From an uncultured Phycisphaeraceae bacterium (GTDB lineage Bacteria > Planctomycetota > Phycisphaerae > Phycisphaerales > Phycisphaeraceae), in contig CAZGOM010000006.1 of the NCBI GenBank assembly GCA_964527265.1, positions 3,259 to 67,258 of the forward strand: 64,000 bases of DNA, written 5' to 3'. The notes under the pieces were generated by a model. It was not told the origin of the DNA. It was given only the letters and a program-made list of their open reading frames with translations, and did not search any database. This document shows positions 34,382 to 44,166 of this stretch, in pieces (position 1 is the stretch's first letter; the number at the start of each line of letters is the position of its first letter). The position numbers were made by a program, and so were the translations under genes.

Positions 34382-35083
34382 ATGATGAAACGGAATCTGA
34401 TGGTTGTATGTTTGCCTGGGATGGATGGGACCGGGGTGTTGTTTGAACGATTTTTGAGGGCGGCGCCAAGGTGGGCGCGATGTGTGGTGGTGAGGTACCC
34501 GGTGGACGTGGCAGTGGGGTATGAGGGGTTGGAGCGGAGGGTGATGGAGGTTGTGCCGCGAGAGGAGCGCTTTTTGGTGGTGGCGGAGTCTTTTTCGGGA
34601 GCGGTGGGAGCGGGGATTTGCGCGAAGGGGATGGAGGGGTGCATAGGACTGGTGCTGGTGAATTCGTTTGTGACGCCGCCTGGGGGTGGTTTATTGAAAG
34701 TGCTGCCGTGGAAGATGGTGTTTGGGCTGCCGATGGCGGGGCATGGGATCAGGCTGGCGATGATGAATGGACGCTCGGAGACGACGGTGGGGGAAGTGAT
34801 GCGCGCGGGAGATATGGTGGATCGTGGCGTGCTGGCGTTTCGTGCGGGGTTGATTGCGAGGCTGGATGCGCGGGAGGCGATGCGGCGGGTGAGTTTGCCC
34901 GTGCTGGTGTTGCGGGGTTTGTCGGATCGGCTGGTGGGAAGAGGCAAAGCGCGGGAGATGGAGCGATTGAATGGGCGTGTGGTGGTGAAGGAGATTGGCG
35001 GGCCGCATTTGCTTTTACAGGCGCGGCCCAAGGAATCGTGGGAGGCGATTGAGGGGTGGGTGGAAGAGAGGGTCGATGTTTGA
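34382..35083 (+). CDS. alpha/beta hydrolase fold protein
   Basis: LPGMDGTG near the N-terminus, nucleophile-elbow-like AESFSG, late GPH. Size is typical of the fold. Confidence 0.7.
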   Translation: MMKRNLMVVCLPGMDGTGVLFERFLRAAPRWARCVVVRYPVDVAVGYEGLERRVMEVVPREERFLVVAESFSGAVGAGICAKGMEGCIGLVLVNSFVTPPGGGLLKVLPWKMVFGLPMAGHGIRLAMMNGRSETTVGEVMRAGDMVDRGVLAFRAGLIARLDAREAMRRVSLPVLVLRGLSDRLVGRGKAREMERLNGRVVVKEIGGPHLLLQARPKESWEAIEGWVEERVDV

Positions 35084-35199
35084 TGGGAAAAGGTGGGTGG
35101 TGGGATCGCGTAAAATGGGTCCACTCGGACTCCGGGGCAGCCGCGGACGGCAGCCCCAGCCACCCATTGTCCCGTGTATTGCGTGAGGAGTTTGAATCG

Positions 35200-35973
35200 A
35201 TGCAAGCCAAGAGCGATGGATTGAAGGGGAAGGTGGGTGTGGTGAGCGGAGGGGCCAAGCGCGTGGGACGGGAGATCGCGCTGACGCTGGCAAGCCATGG
35301 GATGGATGTGGCGTTTACCTATAACTCAAGCGGCCCCGAGGCGAAGGAGACATTGGAGGCGATCCGTGCGATGGGTGTGCGGGGGCTGGCGGTGAAGTGC
35401 GATTTTTTGCAAGCCGGGGCGGCGGGAGAAGTGCATCGGGCGGTGGATCATGCGTTTGGACGGTGCGATGCGCTCATTAACAATGCGAGCATTTTTGAGC
35501 CGGTGAGCCTCACAGAGGTGGGACACGAGGATTTCCAGCGGAACATGATGATCAACGCTTGGGGACCGCTGGAGATGATCAAGCTGTTTGCGGGGATGCT
35601 CAAGGCGCATGCGTCGGTGGAGAAGCCGGAGAGCCTGGGGCGGATCGTGAATTTCATTGATATCCACGTGATGGGGCAGCCGCTGAAACGATTTGTGGCC
35701 TATAACGCGTCGAAGGCGGCAATGCAGGAGATTTCGCTGACGGCGGCGATGGAACTGGCGCCGTTGGTGACGGTGAATGCGATTGCGCCGGGCGTGATTG
35801 CGTGGCCGGAGGGGAGCACGCAGGAATTTCAGGACCGGTACATGGCGCGGGTGCCGCTGGCGCGACCGGGGACTCCGGTGGATGCGGCGCAGGCAGTGTT
35901 ATTTTTGGTGAAAGATGCGCACTATTGCACGGGGCAGACGATTCGAGTGGATGGGGGGCGGCTGTGGACGTGA
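35200..35973 (+). CDS. SDR family oxidoreductase (pteridine reductase/FolM-like)
   Basis: GKVGVVSGGAKRVGREIAL cofactor motif and the YNASKAA catalytic YxxxK. I chose the ATG at 35200 over the ORF-track start at 35056. Confidence 0.85.
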   Translation: MQAKSDGLKGKVGVVSGGAKRVGREIALTLASHGMDVAFTYNSSGPEAKETLEAIRAMGVRGLAVKCDFLQAGAAGEVHRAVDHAFGRCDALINNASIFEPVSLTEVGHEDFQRNMMINAWGPLEMIKLFAGMLKAHASVEKPESLGRIVNFIDIHVMGQPLKRFVAYNASKAAMQEISLTAAMELAPLVTVNAIAPGVIAWPEGSTQEFQDRYMARVPLARPGTPVDAAQAVLFLVKDAHYCTGQTIRVDGGRLWT

Positions 35974-35976
35974 GGA

Positions 35977-36008
35977 GGGGGGCGGGTTTCGGGGATCGGG
36001 TAAGAAAG
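35977..36008 (+). repeat. G-tract heptad array GGGGGGC GGGTTTC GGGGATC GGGTAAG
   Basis: Read directly. It begins 4 nt after the SDR stop codon, between convergent genes. Confidence 0.8.
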
Positions 36009-36081
36009 ATGGGAGTAGAAAACCGATGACATGGGGCGGATTAGATTCGACCCGTGGCGACGATTTTTGAAGGACAACCGA

Positions 36082-36441
36082 TTAGAACTTGACCTGGGCT
36101 TCTTCGGTCGTGCGGTAGATTTTGACGAGCTTGTCGAGGCGGGTGAGCTTGAAGACGGTGAGGATGTCGCTGGAGAGGCCGGAGAGTCGGAGTTCGCCTT
36201 GTTTTTCGACGCAGGCCTTGTTCAAGGCGATGACGACACCGATGACAGCAGAGGAGATGGAGGCGACGCCCTGGAAGGACATGATCATCTTGGGCTGGCC
36301 GGCGGCGTGTGCGATCTTGAGAACGTAGTCTTTGATGCGCTCGATCTGGAGCTGGTCGAGGATGCGGACCTCGGTGAACTCAATGATGACGATGCCTTCG
36401 GCTTTGCGGACAACCATGCCGTAATCTTCAGGTCCGACCAT
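36082..36441 (-). CDS. STAS domain protein (anti-sigma-factor antagonist-like)
   Basis: 119 aa with a SpoIIAA-like pattern: IVIIEFTEVRILD..., MSFQGVASISSAVIGVVIAL and LRLSGLSSDILTVFKLTRLDKL. Confidence 0.8.
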   Translation of the reverse strand: MVGPEDYGMVVRKAEGIVIIEFTEVRILDQLQIERIKDYVLKIAHAAGQPKMIMSFQGVASISSAVIGVVIALNKACVEKQGELRLSGLSSDILTVFKLTRLDKLVKIYRTTEEAQVKF

Positions 36442-36681
36442 GTATCTACTCCCTCAAGTTGAAGCGTGGGCACACTTTAGCGCAAAGTTGGGTGGGATGG
36501 TTGAGAAAAAAAGAATTTTAATGTGTGAAAAGGATCGGTTCTGGGTTACGAATCTTGGGTTTGGTGGAATAAAGGCAAGGATCCTTCTGGATTTGCCTTG
36601 AACCGAATATTTACCTAACATTGGGCGGTTGCGATTTCGGGGTGCTTTCCGGGGCTCACCACCTACCTAGAATGTTACCCC

Positions 36682-39666
36682 ATGGCTATACAGACGATAT
36701 CGATACGTGGCGCGCGCGAACATAACCTCAAGAATGTGGACATCGATATTCCGCGCGACAGGCTGGTGGTGATCACCGGGATGTCAGGGTCTGGCAAGAG
36801 CACCCTGGCTTTTGACACGATCTATGCAGAGGGGCAGCGGAAGTATGTCGAAAGTCTTTCGGCGTATGCGCGGCAATTTCTGGATCAGTTGCAGAAGCCG
36901 GAGATCGAGTCGATCGAGGGGCTCCCGCCGACGATAGCGATTGAGCAGCGGTCATCGAGTCATAATCCGCGTTCGACGGTGGCGACGACGACGGAGATTT
37001 ACGATTACATGAGGTTGCTGTGTGCGAGGGTGGGCAAGCCGCGCTGCTGGCATGTAGGTGAGAATGGGAAGGCCTGCGGGCATGTGATTGAACGGCAGTC
37101 GGCATCGCAGATTGTCGACAATATCATGAAGCTCAAGGAGGGGGCGAAACTGATGCTGCTGGCGCCACTGGTGAGGGGTAAGAAGGGGCAGCATGAAGAG
37201 GTGTTTGAAGCGATGGTGCGGCAGGGGTTTGTGCGTGCGCGGGTGAATGGCGAGATCGTGGATTTGAAATCCGGGGGGAAGACGCCGGGCCCGAAATTGG
37301 CGCGGTATGAAGCGCATGACATTGAGGCGGTGGTGGACCGGGTGGTGGTAAAGCATGGGGATGCGGATGTGAGGAACCGTGTGGCGGATTCGGTGGAGCT
37401 GAGCCTGAAGCTTGCCGAGGGGTTAGTGATTGTGAGCGTGAACGATGAAAGCGTGGGGGCGAAGGTGACAGCACCAGCGGCGGTGGCGGTGAGCCAGGCG
37501 GAAACGCTCAAGGGGAAAGCGACAGGGTGGACGGACACGCTGTACAGCGAGAAGTATGCGTGCCCTTACCATCCGGAGTCGAGCCTGGAGGAGCTTGAGC
37601 CGCGGCTTTTCAGCTTCAACAGCCCGCATGGGGCATGCCCGACGTGCGGGGGGCTAGGCACGGTAATGGAGTTTGATGCGGACCTGGTGGTGCCGGATCA
37701 CTCGCTGGCGCTGACCAATGGGGCTGTGGACGCGTGGCGGCACCATGGGGTGCGGATGAACATTTATTACGCGCAGATTTTAAAGCGGTTCTGCCGGGAT
37801 TTTGCGATTGATGCGACATCGCCTTATTCGACGTTGAACAAGACGATTCAGCGGATCTTGCTGCATGGAACGCAGGCCAAGGACGAGAAGAAGTATGGAT
37901 ACAGCTTTGAAGGGGTGATTCCCAATCTGCAGAGGCGGTTTCAGAGTACGGACAGCGACTATGTGAAGCAGAAGCTGCATGAATATCTGTCAGAAGCGCC
38001 ATGCGAGACGTGCAAGGGTGCGAGGCTGCGCAAAGAGGCGCTGCATGTGTTTGTGAAGAGTAAAAATCAGGCGGAAGCGATTGTGGAGACCGGGCAGGCG
38101 ACGCATGACCGGGCATGGGGTGTGAACATCCATGAAGTGGTGTCGATGACGATTGAACGCGCACATTTGTTTTTTGAAGGGTTGGAACTGACGGAAGAGC
38201 AGGGGATGATCGCCGCCCCGGTGATCAAAGAGATCAAGGCGCGGCTTGGGTTCCTGTTGAGCGTGGGGCTGGGGTACCTTTCACTGGGGCGGGCAACGAG
38301 CACGCTTTCGGGCGGGGAGAGCCAGCGCATCCGCCTGGCGACGCAGGTGGGATCGGGACTGGTGGGGTGCTGCTATGTGCTTGATGAGCCGACCATCGGG
38401 CTGCATCAGCGTGACAACGACCGGTTGATCGCAACGCTCCGGCACCTGACGAACATCGGGAATACGGTGATCGTGGTGGAGCATGATGAGGACACGATCC
38501 GCACGGCGGATTACCTGATCGATATCGGGCCGGGACCGGGTCGGCATGGTGGGAACGTGGTGGCGCAGGGGACGGTGCAGGAAGTGATCGACAACCCCAA
38601 AAGCCTCACGGGGAAATATCTTTCGGGTGTACTGAAAATCGACCTGCCAGCCAAGCGGCGGACGCTGGACCATGTGCATCCATTGACCGTGGTGGGGGCG
38701 CGGGAGAACAATTTGAAGTCGGTGGAGGCAAAGATTCCGCTGGGTGGGATTGTTTGCGTGACGGGGGTGTCAGGGTCTGGCAAGAGCACGTTGGTGAATC
38801 AGGTGCTGCTGCGGGCGGTAAAGAAGCACGTGCTGGGGAGCAAGGACAAGCCGGGTGAGCACGACAAGGTGCTGAACCTGAATAAGATCGACCGGATTAT
38901 TGAAGTGGATCAGTCGCCGATCGGGCGGACGCCGCGCAGCAACCCTGCGACGTATACGGGGGTGTTTGACCAGATTCGATCGTTGTACACGCACACCAAA
39001 GAAGCGAAGATCCGCGGGTATAAGCCGGGACGATTTTCGTTCAATGTGAAGGGCGGGCGGTGCGAGGCGTGCGAAGGGCAGGGGATCAAAAAGATCGAGA
39101 TGCATTTTTTGCCGGATGTGTTTGTGCAGTGTGAGGTATGCAAAGGGAAGCGGTACAACCGCGAGACGCTGGAAGTGCAGTACAAGGGAAAGAACATTGC
39201 GCAGGTGCTGGAGATGACGGTGGAAGAGAGCGTGGGGTTCTTTGAAAACTACCCGGAAATCCACCGGATGGTGACGGCGCTGACGGACGTGGGGCTGGGA
39301 TACCTGCAACTTGGGCAGGCTTCGACAACGCTGTCCGGTGGGGAAGCGCAACGTGTGAAACTTGCGACCGAACTGGGCAAGCGGCCAACAGGGCACACGC
39401 TGTATGTGTTGGACGAGCCGACGACGGGGCTGCATTTTGCGGATATTCAGCGGCTGCTGGGTGTGCTGAATCGCCTGGCAGACCAGGGGAATACGGTGGT
39501 GGTGATTGAGCACAACCTGGACGTGATCAAGTGCGCGGACTGGATTGTGGACCTGGGGCCCGAGGGTGGCGAGCGCGGGGGAACGCTGATTGCCGAGGGT
39601 ACGCCGGAGGACGTGGTAAAGGTGCCGGGGTCTTATACGGGGAAGTATCTGGCGAAGTATCTTTGA
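36682..39666 (+). CDS. uvrA: excinuclease ABC subunit A
   Basis: Two Walker A motifs (GMSGSGKST and GVSGSGKST), LSGGE signatures, CxxC zinc modules and full-length colinearity with UvrA. Confidence 0.98.
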   Translation: MAIQTISIRGAREHNLKNVDIDIPRDRLVVITGMSGSGKSTLAFDTIYAEGQRKYVESLSAYARQFLDQLQKPEIESIEGLPPTIAIEQRSSSHNPRSTVATTTEIYDYMRLLCARVGKPRCWHVGENGKACGHVIERQSASQIVDNIMKLKEGAKLMLLAPLVRGKKGQHEEVFEAMVRQGFVRARVNGEIVDLKSGGKTPGPKLARYEAHDIEAVVDRVVVKHGDADVRNRVADSVELSLKLAEGLVIVSVNDESVGAKVTAPAAVAVSQAETLKGKATGWTDTLYSEKYACPYHPESSLEELEPRLFSFNSPHGACPTCGGLGTVMEFDADLVVPDHSLALTNGAVDAWRHHGVRMNIYYAQILKRFCRDFAIDATSPYSTLNKTIQRILLHGTQAKDEKKYGYSFEGVIPNLQRRFQSTDSDYVKQKLHEYLSEAPCETCKGARLRKEALHVFVKSKNQAEAIVETGQATHDRAWGVNIHEVVSMTIERAHLFFEGLELTEEQGMIAAPVIKEIKARLGFLLSVGLGYLSLGRATSTLSGGESQRIRLATQVGSGLVGCCYVLDEPTIGLHQRDNDRLIATLRHLTNIGNTVIVVEHDEDTIRTADYLIDIGPGPGRHGGNVVAQGTVQEVIDNPKSLTGKYLSGVLKIDLPAKRRTLDHVHPLTVVGARENNLKSVEAKIPLGGIVCVTGVSGSGKSTLVNQVLLRAVKKHVLGSKDKPGEHDKVLNLNKIDRIIEVDQSPIGRTPRSNPATYTGVFDQIRSLYTHTKEAKIRGYKPGRFSFNVKGGRCEACEGQGIKKIEMHFLPDVFVQCEVCKGKRYNRETLEVQYKGKNIAQVLEMTVEESVGFFENYPEIHRMVTALTDVGLGYLQLGQASTTLSGGEAQRVKLATELGKRPTGHTLYVLDEPTTGLHFADIQRLLGVLNRLADQGNTVVVIEHNLDVIKCADWIVDLGPEGGERGGTLIAEGTPEDVVKVPGSYTGKYLAKYL

Positions 39667-39670
39667 GGAT

Positions 39671-39699
39671 GGGTTCTGGGTCTTGGGTTCTGGGTTTTG
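39671..39699 (+). repeat. G3-tract heptad array GGGTTCT GGGTCTT GGGTTCT GGGTTTT G
   Basis: Read directly. It has exact 7-nt periodicity and starts 5 nt after the uvrA stop codon. Confidence 0.85.
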
Positions 39700-39898
39700 T
39701 CAGATTTTAGACGATTGAGTTTGGAAAATGAGGGATTAATGGGGAGTTTTGCCGGCCTCCGGCTGCGGAATGGAGTGAGCCATTAGGTGGATTGGGGGTG
39801 TATGGACCTGTTGGGGTTGGGTCGATATGATGCGGATGAAAGAGAGCGAGCAGATTTTCTGCTCGTTTTGGGTTTGTGGAAGATTGGGCGGTTCATTT

Positions 39899-40492
39899 AT
39901 GAAGCTGCGTGGGTGGATTAATCGCAATTCCGAGTTGGTGACGGTGATATCCGTATTTTTGCTGGTGTTTTCGCTGGTGGTGCTGGTGAAAAGCACGCCG
40001 CGCAATGGGCGGGTGATTACTCGGGCGTATTATTACGATGTGGTGACAGGGAAGCTTTTTGCTGGCCCGGTGCAGGAAACACCGCCGATTCCGACGCCGG
40101 AGGGGAGCATGAAGAACGGTGTTTTCGCGGGTGTTCGTGCGAATGTGTTTTCATGCACAAGCTGTGATGATGTGAAATCCCACAAAGTAGGGTATCTGGA
40201 GACATATACGCAGGAAGCGCGCGAAGCAGTGGATGCGCAGCGCATGATGGCGGATGCGGCAAGCCGCGTACTTGGGGAACCCGGGCAGGAGAATGTGGGA
40301 ACGCAGCCGGGGTCTGATCCGAGTGAAATCAAGTTGATGGAAGCGATTGCCCGGGGGCGCCTGATCGCGTCGCCAGAGAATATTGAGCGCTGGTTTCCTA
40401 TGGAATCAGACGAAGGGATGCAGCTTGTAAATGCGGCGATGAAAAGCTGCCCGGGCGAGCGTTACGCAAACCAGTGTTACCCTGAGGATTGA
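39899..40492 (+). CDS. membrane-anchored 4-Cys protein of unknown function (paralog A)
   Basis: MKLRGWINRNSELVTVISVFLLVFSLVVLV anchor. Conserved blocks are shared with 40901..41506. Confidence 0.65.
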   Translation: MKLRGWINRNSELVTVISVFLLVFSLVVLVKSTPRNGRVITRAYYYDVVTGKLFAGPVQETPPIPTPEGSMKNGVFAGVRANVFSCTSCDDVKSHKVGYLETYTQEAREAVDAQRMMADAASRVLGEPGQENVGTQPGSDPSEIKLMEAIARGRLIASPENIERWFPMESDEGMQLVNAAMKSCPGERYANQCYPED

Positions 40493-40900
40493 TCGGGAAG
40501 CGAGAGACGGTGGAGAAAATAGACAGTCGAGTTTGCATCTTTCGCGTGTTTGTTAAGATGGCAAGGCCTTAAAGATTGATGTAGACATATTTGAACGAGT
40601 TCAAGAGAGGCTGCCGGGCTTGACCGGGCCACAAACTCTTGGATGATGTAAAACAAGGCGGGGGGGATCAGACAAGATCAGGGAGTCTGATTCAGATGTT
40701 TGTGAGTGGGTGGTTGGTGCCTTTGTTCCTGTACCTGTTCTAGGTTGGCAGGGGCGACAAAGGCGGCAGCCGCCAGGGTTGGTAGGGCATTTCCGGCGTA
40801 TGCCGAATATCCATGTGGAATTCGGACAATTGCCTTTACCGGTGTAGTGTTGAGAGAGCAACTTGGCTCACCGAGCAGGTAAACAAAGGAAGGATTGCAT

Positions 40901-41506
40901 ATGCAGATTCGGGAATGGGTGAACAAGAATTCGGCAGTGACCACGATTATTTCAGTGGTGTTGCTGTTTTGTGCATTGTTTTATCTGATGCGGACGGTGT
41001 TTCCGCCGCCGCCGGAACCGATCACGAAAGTGTTCTATTACGACATCATCACCGGCAAGCTGTTTCCAGCGCCGGTTGAGGAATATCCTCCGATCGCTAC
41101 ACCGGACAACAGTACATTGGCTAATGGCCAGCCAGCCGGTGTGAAGGCAAATGTGTTTTCATGTACGCGTTGCCGGGAAGGTGATTGGTATATCGGGTAT
41201 CTGGAGACGTATCTTCCGGAAGCGCGTGAAGTGCAGATCCGAATGAACGAAGAGATGAAGAAGATGTCTGAGCAGCCGCTGCCTGAACCGGGTGCCGCCG
41301 GGACGCCTGCCCCGATGCCGCCTCCGATGATGGGCCCCAGCCCGCAGGAAATGATGCTCATTTCCGAAGGCCATCTGGTGGCAAGCCAGGAGGACGTCAA
41401 CAAATGGTTCAAGCAGGAATCACCTGAAGGGGCGGCGCTTGTGAACGCAGCGATGAAGAAATGCCCGGATAACAAGTATCCGCAGCAGTGCTTCCCTGGC
41501 CGCTGA
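40901..41506 (+). CDS. membrane-anchored 4-Cys protein of unknown function (paralog B)
   Basis: AAGGAAGGA lies upstream of the ATG at 40901. MQIREWVNKNSAVTTIISVVLLFCALFYL anchor. It shares YYD(V/I)(V/I)TGKLF, ANVFSCTxC, GYLETY..EARE and LVNAAMKxCP....Y..QC blocks with paralog A. Confidence 0.65.
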   Translation: MQIREWVNKNSAVTTIISVVLLFCALFYLMRTVFPPPPEPITKVFYYDIITGKLFPAPVEEYPPIATPDNSTLANGQPAGVKANVFSCTRCREGDWYIGYLETYLPEAREVQIRMNEEMKKMSEQPLPEPGAAGTPAPMPPPMMGPSPQEMMLISEGHLVASQEDVNKWFKQESPEGAALVNAAMKKCPDNKYPQQCFPGR

Positions 41507-41530
41507 ATCGATTGAAATGGCACTATTTGA

Positions 41531-41558
41531 AAGAACCCGGTTTAAGACCGGGTTTTTT
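41531..41558. terminator. intrinsic (possibly bidirectional) terminator
   Basis: GAAAGAACCCGGT-TTAAG-ACCGGGTTTTTT, between convergent genes. Confidence 0.6.
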
Positions 41559-41574
41559 CATTTGGGATCTTCAG

Positions 41575-41594
41575 TCTTTATTGATCTTTATTGA
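41575..41594. repeat. tandem direct 10-mer (TCTTTATTGA x2)
   Basis: Read directly. It abuts the stop codon of the minus-strand gene 41595..42590. Confidence 0.8.
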
Positions 41595-42590
41595 TCAGAT
41601 GGAGGGATGGCCGGGAAGGGGTTGGCCCGGGGTGGGGACGGAGCGGAGAGTGAGGATGGCGATTTCGGCCGGGCAATTGATGCGTACGGGGAACCAGGAG
41701 CCGACGCCGGAGTTGACGTAGAGGTATTGGTTGGAACGCTCGTAGAGGCCACGAGGGTATTGGAAGGTCATGGCACCAAAGCCGAGAGAGCCTTTTTTGC
41801 CGTGTGAATTGGAGAGGACGACTTGGCCGCCATGGGTATGGCCGGCGAGGGTGAGTGCGACGCCGTGGCGGACGGCGGCGTCAAAGGCGTCGGGGTGGTG
41901 GGCGAGGAGGATTTTGAGTTGGGTGCCGGGGTGGTGTTTGTCGGCTGATTTGAGGGTGCGGTGGACCATTGCGGCGGTGCGGGCGGGAGCGTCGTGGTAG
42001 TCAATGCCTGCGATGAGGAATTTGACGCCGTTTTTTGTGATTTGAACCGATTGGTTCAAGAGGAGGCCCAGTTTTGCTTCACGAAAGGCGGCGAGGAAAC
42101 GCGGAGCGTTATCGAGGTAGTCATGGTTGCCGGGAACCATATGGACGCCCAGTGGCGCACGGAGACGCTGCATCTGCGGGACGATGTCGGTGAGGTATTT
42201 GCAGGAGAGGTCGAGAAAATCGCCAGTGACGGCGATGAGATCCGAGTCAAAGGCATTGGCTTTTTCGACAATGGTGTCGATTTGTTTTGCAGTGGTGAGT
42301 TTGCCGATATGGAGGTCGGAAAGATGAGTGATTTTGAGGCCTTCGAGGCCGGCTGGAAGGGTCGGTATAAACAGGTCCCGATGGACAACTGAGGCAGAGC
42401 GTTTTTCGTGGGAACGGGTGATACGGCCGCGGGAGAACCAGATGGGTGCGGCAGTGAGCGCGGCATGACGCACTTTGGCGGTGATGCGTTTGAGGCGGGA
42501 CCTCTTTTTTTGTGCGGCGGGGCGTTCGGGGCTGGCTGGGCCCACCTCAAAACTGGGAGGGGTATCGTCAGGTGGGGTTTCTTCGGCCAT
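41595..42590 (-). CDS. calcineurin-like metallophosphoesterase (YkuE-like)
   Basis: ITHLSDLHIG, AVTGDFLD, PGNHDY, LLAHHP and AGHTHGGQ motif series. Confidence 0.85.
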   Translation of the reverse strand: MAEETPPDDTPPSFEVGPASPERPAAQKKRSRLKRITAKVRHAALTAAPIWFSRGRITRSHEKRSASVVHRDLFIPTLPAGLEGLKITHLSDLHIGKLTTAKQIDTIVEKANAFDSDLIAVTGDFLDLSCKYLTDIVPQMQRLRAPLGVHMVPGNHDYLDNAPRFLAAFREAKLGLLLNQSVQITKNGVKFLIAGIDYHDAPARTAAMVHRTLKSADKHHPGTQLKILLAHHPDAFDAAVRHGVALTLAGHTHGGQVVLSNSHGKKGSLGFGAMTFQYPRGLYERSNQYLYVNSGVGSWFPVRINCPAEIAILTLRSVPTPGQPLPGHPSI

Positions 42591-42707
42591 GGGTGTGGAC
42601 CGGAAAAAGATTCGAGTATTGGGCTACTGTTTCAATCATAGCGGGTAAGACAGAGGAGTCTATCGGGGGAAGGATGAATGGGGATTGAGGGATGGGCAAG
42701 AGATGAT

Positions 42708-44111
42708 TTAGCGCAGACCATACTCCTTGAGCTTGCGGTAGAGGGTGCGTTCGCCGATGCCGAGCATTTTGGCGGCGGCTTCACGGTTACCGGCGTGGAC
42801 CTGGAGAGCGTTACGAATGGCTTGTTTTTCAATCTGGTCGAGGTTCATGTTGCTCTGGGCAGCGGAGGTATGGTTGGCGGTGTGATCGCCGGAATTACCC
42901 GCGGTGGCGGCCAGGGTTGATTTGATGTCGTCGGGCACGTGCTGGGGGAGAAGGCGGTCGCCTTCGCACATGACGACCATGCTCTGGACGACATTGATGA
43001 GCTGGCGGATATTGCCGGGCCAGGCGTATTGGGCCAGGAGGTGTTGGGTTTCCTCGGCGACGGAGACGTTGGGGCGGCCGATGTCGGTGGCGAATTTCTT
43101 GACGAAGTGAGTGACCAAGAGGGGAATGTCCTCGCGGCGTTCGCGCAGGGAGGGGAGGTGAATATTGGCGCCTTTGATGCGGTAGTAAAGGTCTTCGCGG
43201 AAGTCACCGGTTTTGACCATGTCCTGGAGGTTGCGGTTGGTGGCGCTGATGAAGCGGACATCGACGCGGACGGTTTTATTCGCGCCGAGTCGGACGACTT
43301 CGCCTGATTCAAGGACACGCAGGAGCTTGGCCTGCATGATCAGGGGCATGTCGCCGACTTCGTCGAGGAAGAGAGTGCCGCCGGAGGCGTATTCAAAACG
43401 GCCTTCGCGTTCGCGATCGGCCCCAGTGAAGGCGCCTTTGACGTGACCGAAGAGTTCATCTTCAAGGATGGATTCGGAGAGGCCGGCGCAGTTCAAAGGG
43501 ACAAAGCGCTGTTTGGCGCGCTTGGAGTTGTTGTGGATGGCCTGGGCGATGAGTTCCTTGCCGGTGCCGGATTCGCCGGTGATGAGGACGGGGATGTTAT
43601 TGGGGGCGATCTGCTTGAGGAGATTAATGGCGGTCTTGATCTGGGGAGAGGAGCCGATGATGCCTTCGAAGCCGAAGGTTTCATCGACACGCTGCTGGAG
43701 GTGGGTGTTGGTGGCGCGGAGAGCAACGGCCTGAATGGCATGGCCGACGAGGGTGCGAAAGACGTCAAGATCAAGGGGTTTTTCGATGAAGTCGTAGGCA
43801 CCCTGCTTGATGGCGGTCTTGCAGGTGGGGACGTCGCCGTGTGCAGTGACGAGAATGGTTTCAGCGTTGGACTGATGCTGGCGGGCGGCGGCGAGGATGC
43901 GCAGGCCATCGTCAGGCTGTTCCATAACGAGGTCGGTGACGATGACGTCGAACTGGCCGTGAGAGAGCTCATCGATGGCGTCGTGGGAGTTATGGACGAG
44001 CGTGCAGACATGACCGAGGCGGCGGAGTGATTCGGCCATGACTTCGGCGTGCTCGGCTTCGTCGTCGGCGATGAGGATCTGTGCGCAGGGTATGGAGGAG
44101 TCTTTGGTCAT
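42708..44111 (-). CDS. sigma-54-dependent response regulator (NtrC family enhancer-binding protein)
   Basis: Receiver domain (ILIADDE ... VIVTDLVM), AAA+ domain with GESGTGKE and the GAFTGA motif, and a C-terminal Fis-type HTH (AAKMLGIGERTLYRKLKEYGL). Confidence 0.92.
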   Translation of the reverse strand: MTKDSSIPCAQILIADDEAEHAEVMAESLRRLGHVCTLVHNSHDAIDELSHGQFDVIVTDLVMEQPDDGLRILAAARQHQSNAETILVTAHGDVPTCKTAIKQGAYDFIEKPLDLDVFRTLVGHAIQAVALRATNTHLQQRVDETFGFEGIIGSSPQIKTAINLLKQIAPNNIPVLITGESGTGKELIAQAIHNNSKRAKQRFVPLNCAGLSESILEDELFGHVKGAFTGADREREGRFEYASGGTLFLDEVGDMPLIMQAKLLRVLESGEVVRLGANKTVRVDVRFISATNRNLQDMVKTGDFREDLYYRIKGANIHLPSLRERREDIPLLVTHFVKKFATDIGRPNVSVAEETQHLLAQYAWPGNIRQLINVVQSMVVMCEGDRLLPQHVPDDIKSTLAATAGNSGDHTANHTSAAQSNMNLDQIEKQAIRNALQVHAGNREAAAKMLGIGERTLYRKLKEYGLR

Positions 44112-44166
44112 TTGTGCGTCATTTTAGCCGAGGGTGAGGCGGGCGGCATGGTTCTATAATTTGTTC

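Noticed and set aside
33238-34469. 363-aa (33238..34329) and 248-aa minus-strand ORFs opposite the DMT transporter.
   Set aside because: They are H/R/P/Q-rich nonsense composition. The + frame encodes a coherent 10-helix EamA-type transporter.
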